Shown here piece by piece: positions 62,949-64,000 of a DNA stretch of 64,000 bases (the stretch's first letter is position 1; every line of letters starts with the position of its first letter). The translations under genes were made by a program, and so were the position numbers. Source of the DNA: an uncultured Bacilli bacterium. Lineage in GTDB: Bacteria; Bacillota_I; Bacilli_A; RF39; UBA660. The DNA lies in the NCBI GenBank assembly GCA_949451605.1, contig CASTSB010000003.1, positions 33,326-97,325 on the forward strand, given 5' to 3'. The notes under the pieces are model-generated. The model worked only from the letters and a program-made list of their open reading frames with translations. It was not told where the DNA came from and did no database searches.

Positions 62949-64000
62949 ATGATTCATAGAAAAAGAAATAGAAAAATAAAAGTTCCAAAATATCTTTATA
63001 TAGTTTCGCTTGGTCTTTTATTATTCTTAAGTGTTGGATATTCCATGATTAATTCAACTTTAGGTATTGAAGGAAATGTAGTAGCATCAAAAAATAATTG
63101 GGATATTCATTTTGATAATATTACTTATGCAGATGATAGTATAAAACCAGAAGTCTCTCCATCAATAGTAAATGAAACTGAATTAAATTATAATGTTAGT
63201 TTAGAAAGACCTGGTGATAAACTTTTATTTACATTTGATATTGTAAATAATGGTAGTCTAGATGGAATTATAGATAAAATAGATTTTACGTCATTAACTG
63301 ATGATCAAAAGAAATATATTAATTATGAAATAACTTATGAAAATGGTAAACAAATCCAATTAAAAGATATTTTAAGAAAAGAAGAAATAAAAAAAGTTAA
63401 AGTTTTACTAGAATATAAGGATAAGCGTTCTAATGATGAATATCCTGAAGAAAATATCGAATTACCTTTAAAGATATTTATAAATTATATTCAAGCTAAA
63501 GAAGAAGTTTATAAATTAGATATTAATCACAACAATATAGTAAATTCTTATTCTGTTATTAATACAAAAGAAGCATTAAAAATACCTGATGAAATAGCAG
63601 AATCTGATAATGCTATTATATGCAATAATAACTCAATACCAACCATTAGTGATACTAATGAATTAATTATTACTAATATAAAACAAAATACTTCTTGTAG
63701 TATTGTAAAAACACTAAAAGATGCCATAGATCTTATAGAAAATGAAAATAATTATATTACTCTTATAAAAAGTCAAACAATTAATGAAGCTATTACAATT
63801 CCAAAAGATAAAAGTGTGATAATTAATCTTTCTAATAAAGAAATAAACTTTAATGGCAATGAAACTTTAATAACAAATGAAGGAAATCTAATAATAAATG
63901 CTTCATCATCTTCTATTGTTAATACAAGTGCTGCTTTTATAAATAATAAAGAAGAAGCTAAACTTACTATTAATAATGGTATTTATAATAAGTTAAATAG
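62949..64000 (+). CDS. secreted protein (3' end outside window): SipW-class N-terminus + conserved N-domain + beta-helix-like region
   Basis: Not in the supplied ORF track because it has no stop within the window. Read by hand from ATG 62949: MIHRKRNRKIKVPKYLYIVSLGLLLFLSVGYSMINSTLGIEG...NWDIHFDNI...PGDKLLFTFDIVNNGSLDGII...YEITYENG..., then Asn/Ile/Thr-rich short repeats (VIINLSNKEINFNGNETLITNEGNLIINASSSSIVN). No stop through nt 63998. Confidence 0.6.
   Translation, partial: MIHRKRNRKIKVPKYLYIVSLGLLLFLSVGYSMINSTLGIEGNVVASKNNWDIHFDNITYADDSIKPEVSPSIVNETELNYNVSLERPGDKLLFTFDIVNNGSLDGIIDKIDFTSLTDDQKKYINYEITYENGKQIQLKDILRKEEIKKVKVLLEYKDKRSNDEYPEENIELPLKIFINYIQAKEEVYKLDINHNNIVNSYSVINTKEALKIPDEIAESDNAIICNNNSIPTISDTNELIITNIKQNTSCSIVKTLKDAIDLIENENNYITLIKSQTINEAITIPKDKSVIINLSNKEINFNGNETLITNEGNLIINASSSSIVNTSAAFINNKEEAKLTINNGIYNKLN

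Noticed and set aside
55103-63100. Type IV pilin/pseudopilin-like class III signal peptides for the secreted family
   Set aside because: No G|F(T/S)LxE prepilin cleavage motif is present, and the conserved motif is G-Y-A/S followed by polar/hydrophobic alternation. No pilus assembly ATPase or prepilin peptidase is in the window, whereas a SipW-type peptidase is.
1-64000. Mobile elements, prophage, CRISPR-Cas, tRNA/rRNA genes
   Set aside because: I found no transposase, integrase, recombinase, Cas or phage structural motifs in any long ORF. There are no long inverted or direct terminal repeats and no GC-rich structured-RNA-like islands. The only sign of gene flux is the Fic remnant.

Overview
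Visibly AT-rich chromosomal segment from a Gram-positive Firmicute. Gene content looks Erysipelotrichia/Clostridia-like, but the taxon cannot be fixed from sequence alone and GC was not computed. I support 56 protein-coding features, including one leader-type small ORF and one Fic remnant; all but four are on the + strand. I saw no rRNA, tRNA, CRISPR array, transposase, integrase or phage genes. Layout: (1) 1-6.7 kb: end of gatB, a membrane sensor with a degenerate GGDEF domain, a YihY-family protein and an LtaS-type synthase. (2) 6.7-14.7 kb: cell-wall block with an LCP ligase carrying a C-terminal PASTA domain, a 1263-aa glucosaminidase with three Ig-like repeats, and a six-PASTA membrane protein that has no kinase or PBP domain. 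(3) 14.7-34.7 kb: an ABC-transporter-dependent, dTDP-rhamnose-based cell-wall polysaccharide locus. It holds rfbA, a fused rfbC-rfbD, rfbB, several GT2/GT4 genes, two AT3 acyltransferases plus an SGNH esterase, and two GtrB-like genes with GtrA and GT-C candidates. (4) 35.6-43.1 kb: L,D-transpeptidase, DAG-kinase-like lipid kinase, FemAB transferase, a TSCPD protein, and uracil permease plus upp behind a leader ORF and terminator. (5) 44.4-64 kb: the most unusual part. A SipW-type (ER/archaeal-type) signal peptidase is fused to a large polytopic domain. At least six secreted proteins have N-termini that resemble the TasA/camelysin SipW cleavage region. Three of them share a conserved N-terminal domain of about 150 aa (two others carry only a divergent equivalent), and together they display different C-terminal modules: a DUF285/BspA leucine-rich-repeat array, a shared Cys/Trp-rich module ending in RPVIxLK, and a beta-helix-like region. 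Interspersed here are an ArsR-family regulator with a P-type metal ATPase, a GH25 muramidase, a Fic remnant, and a zinc-ribbon/nucleotidyltransferase-like gene paired with a PHP phosphoesterase. All functional calls rest on motif recognition by eye; no database search was run.
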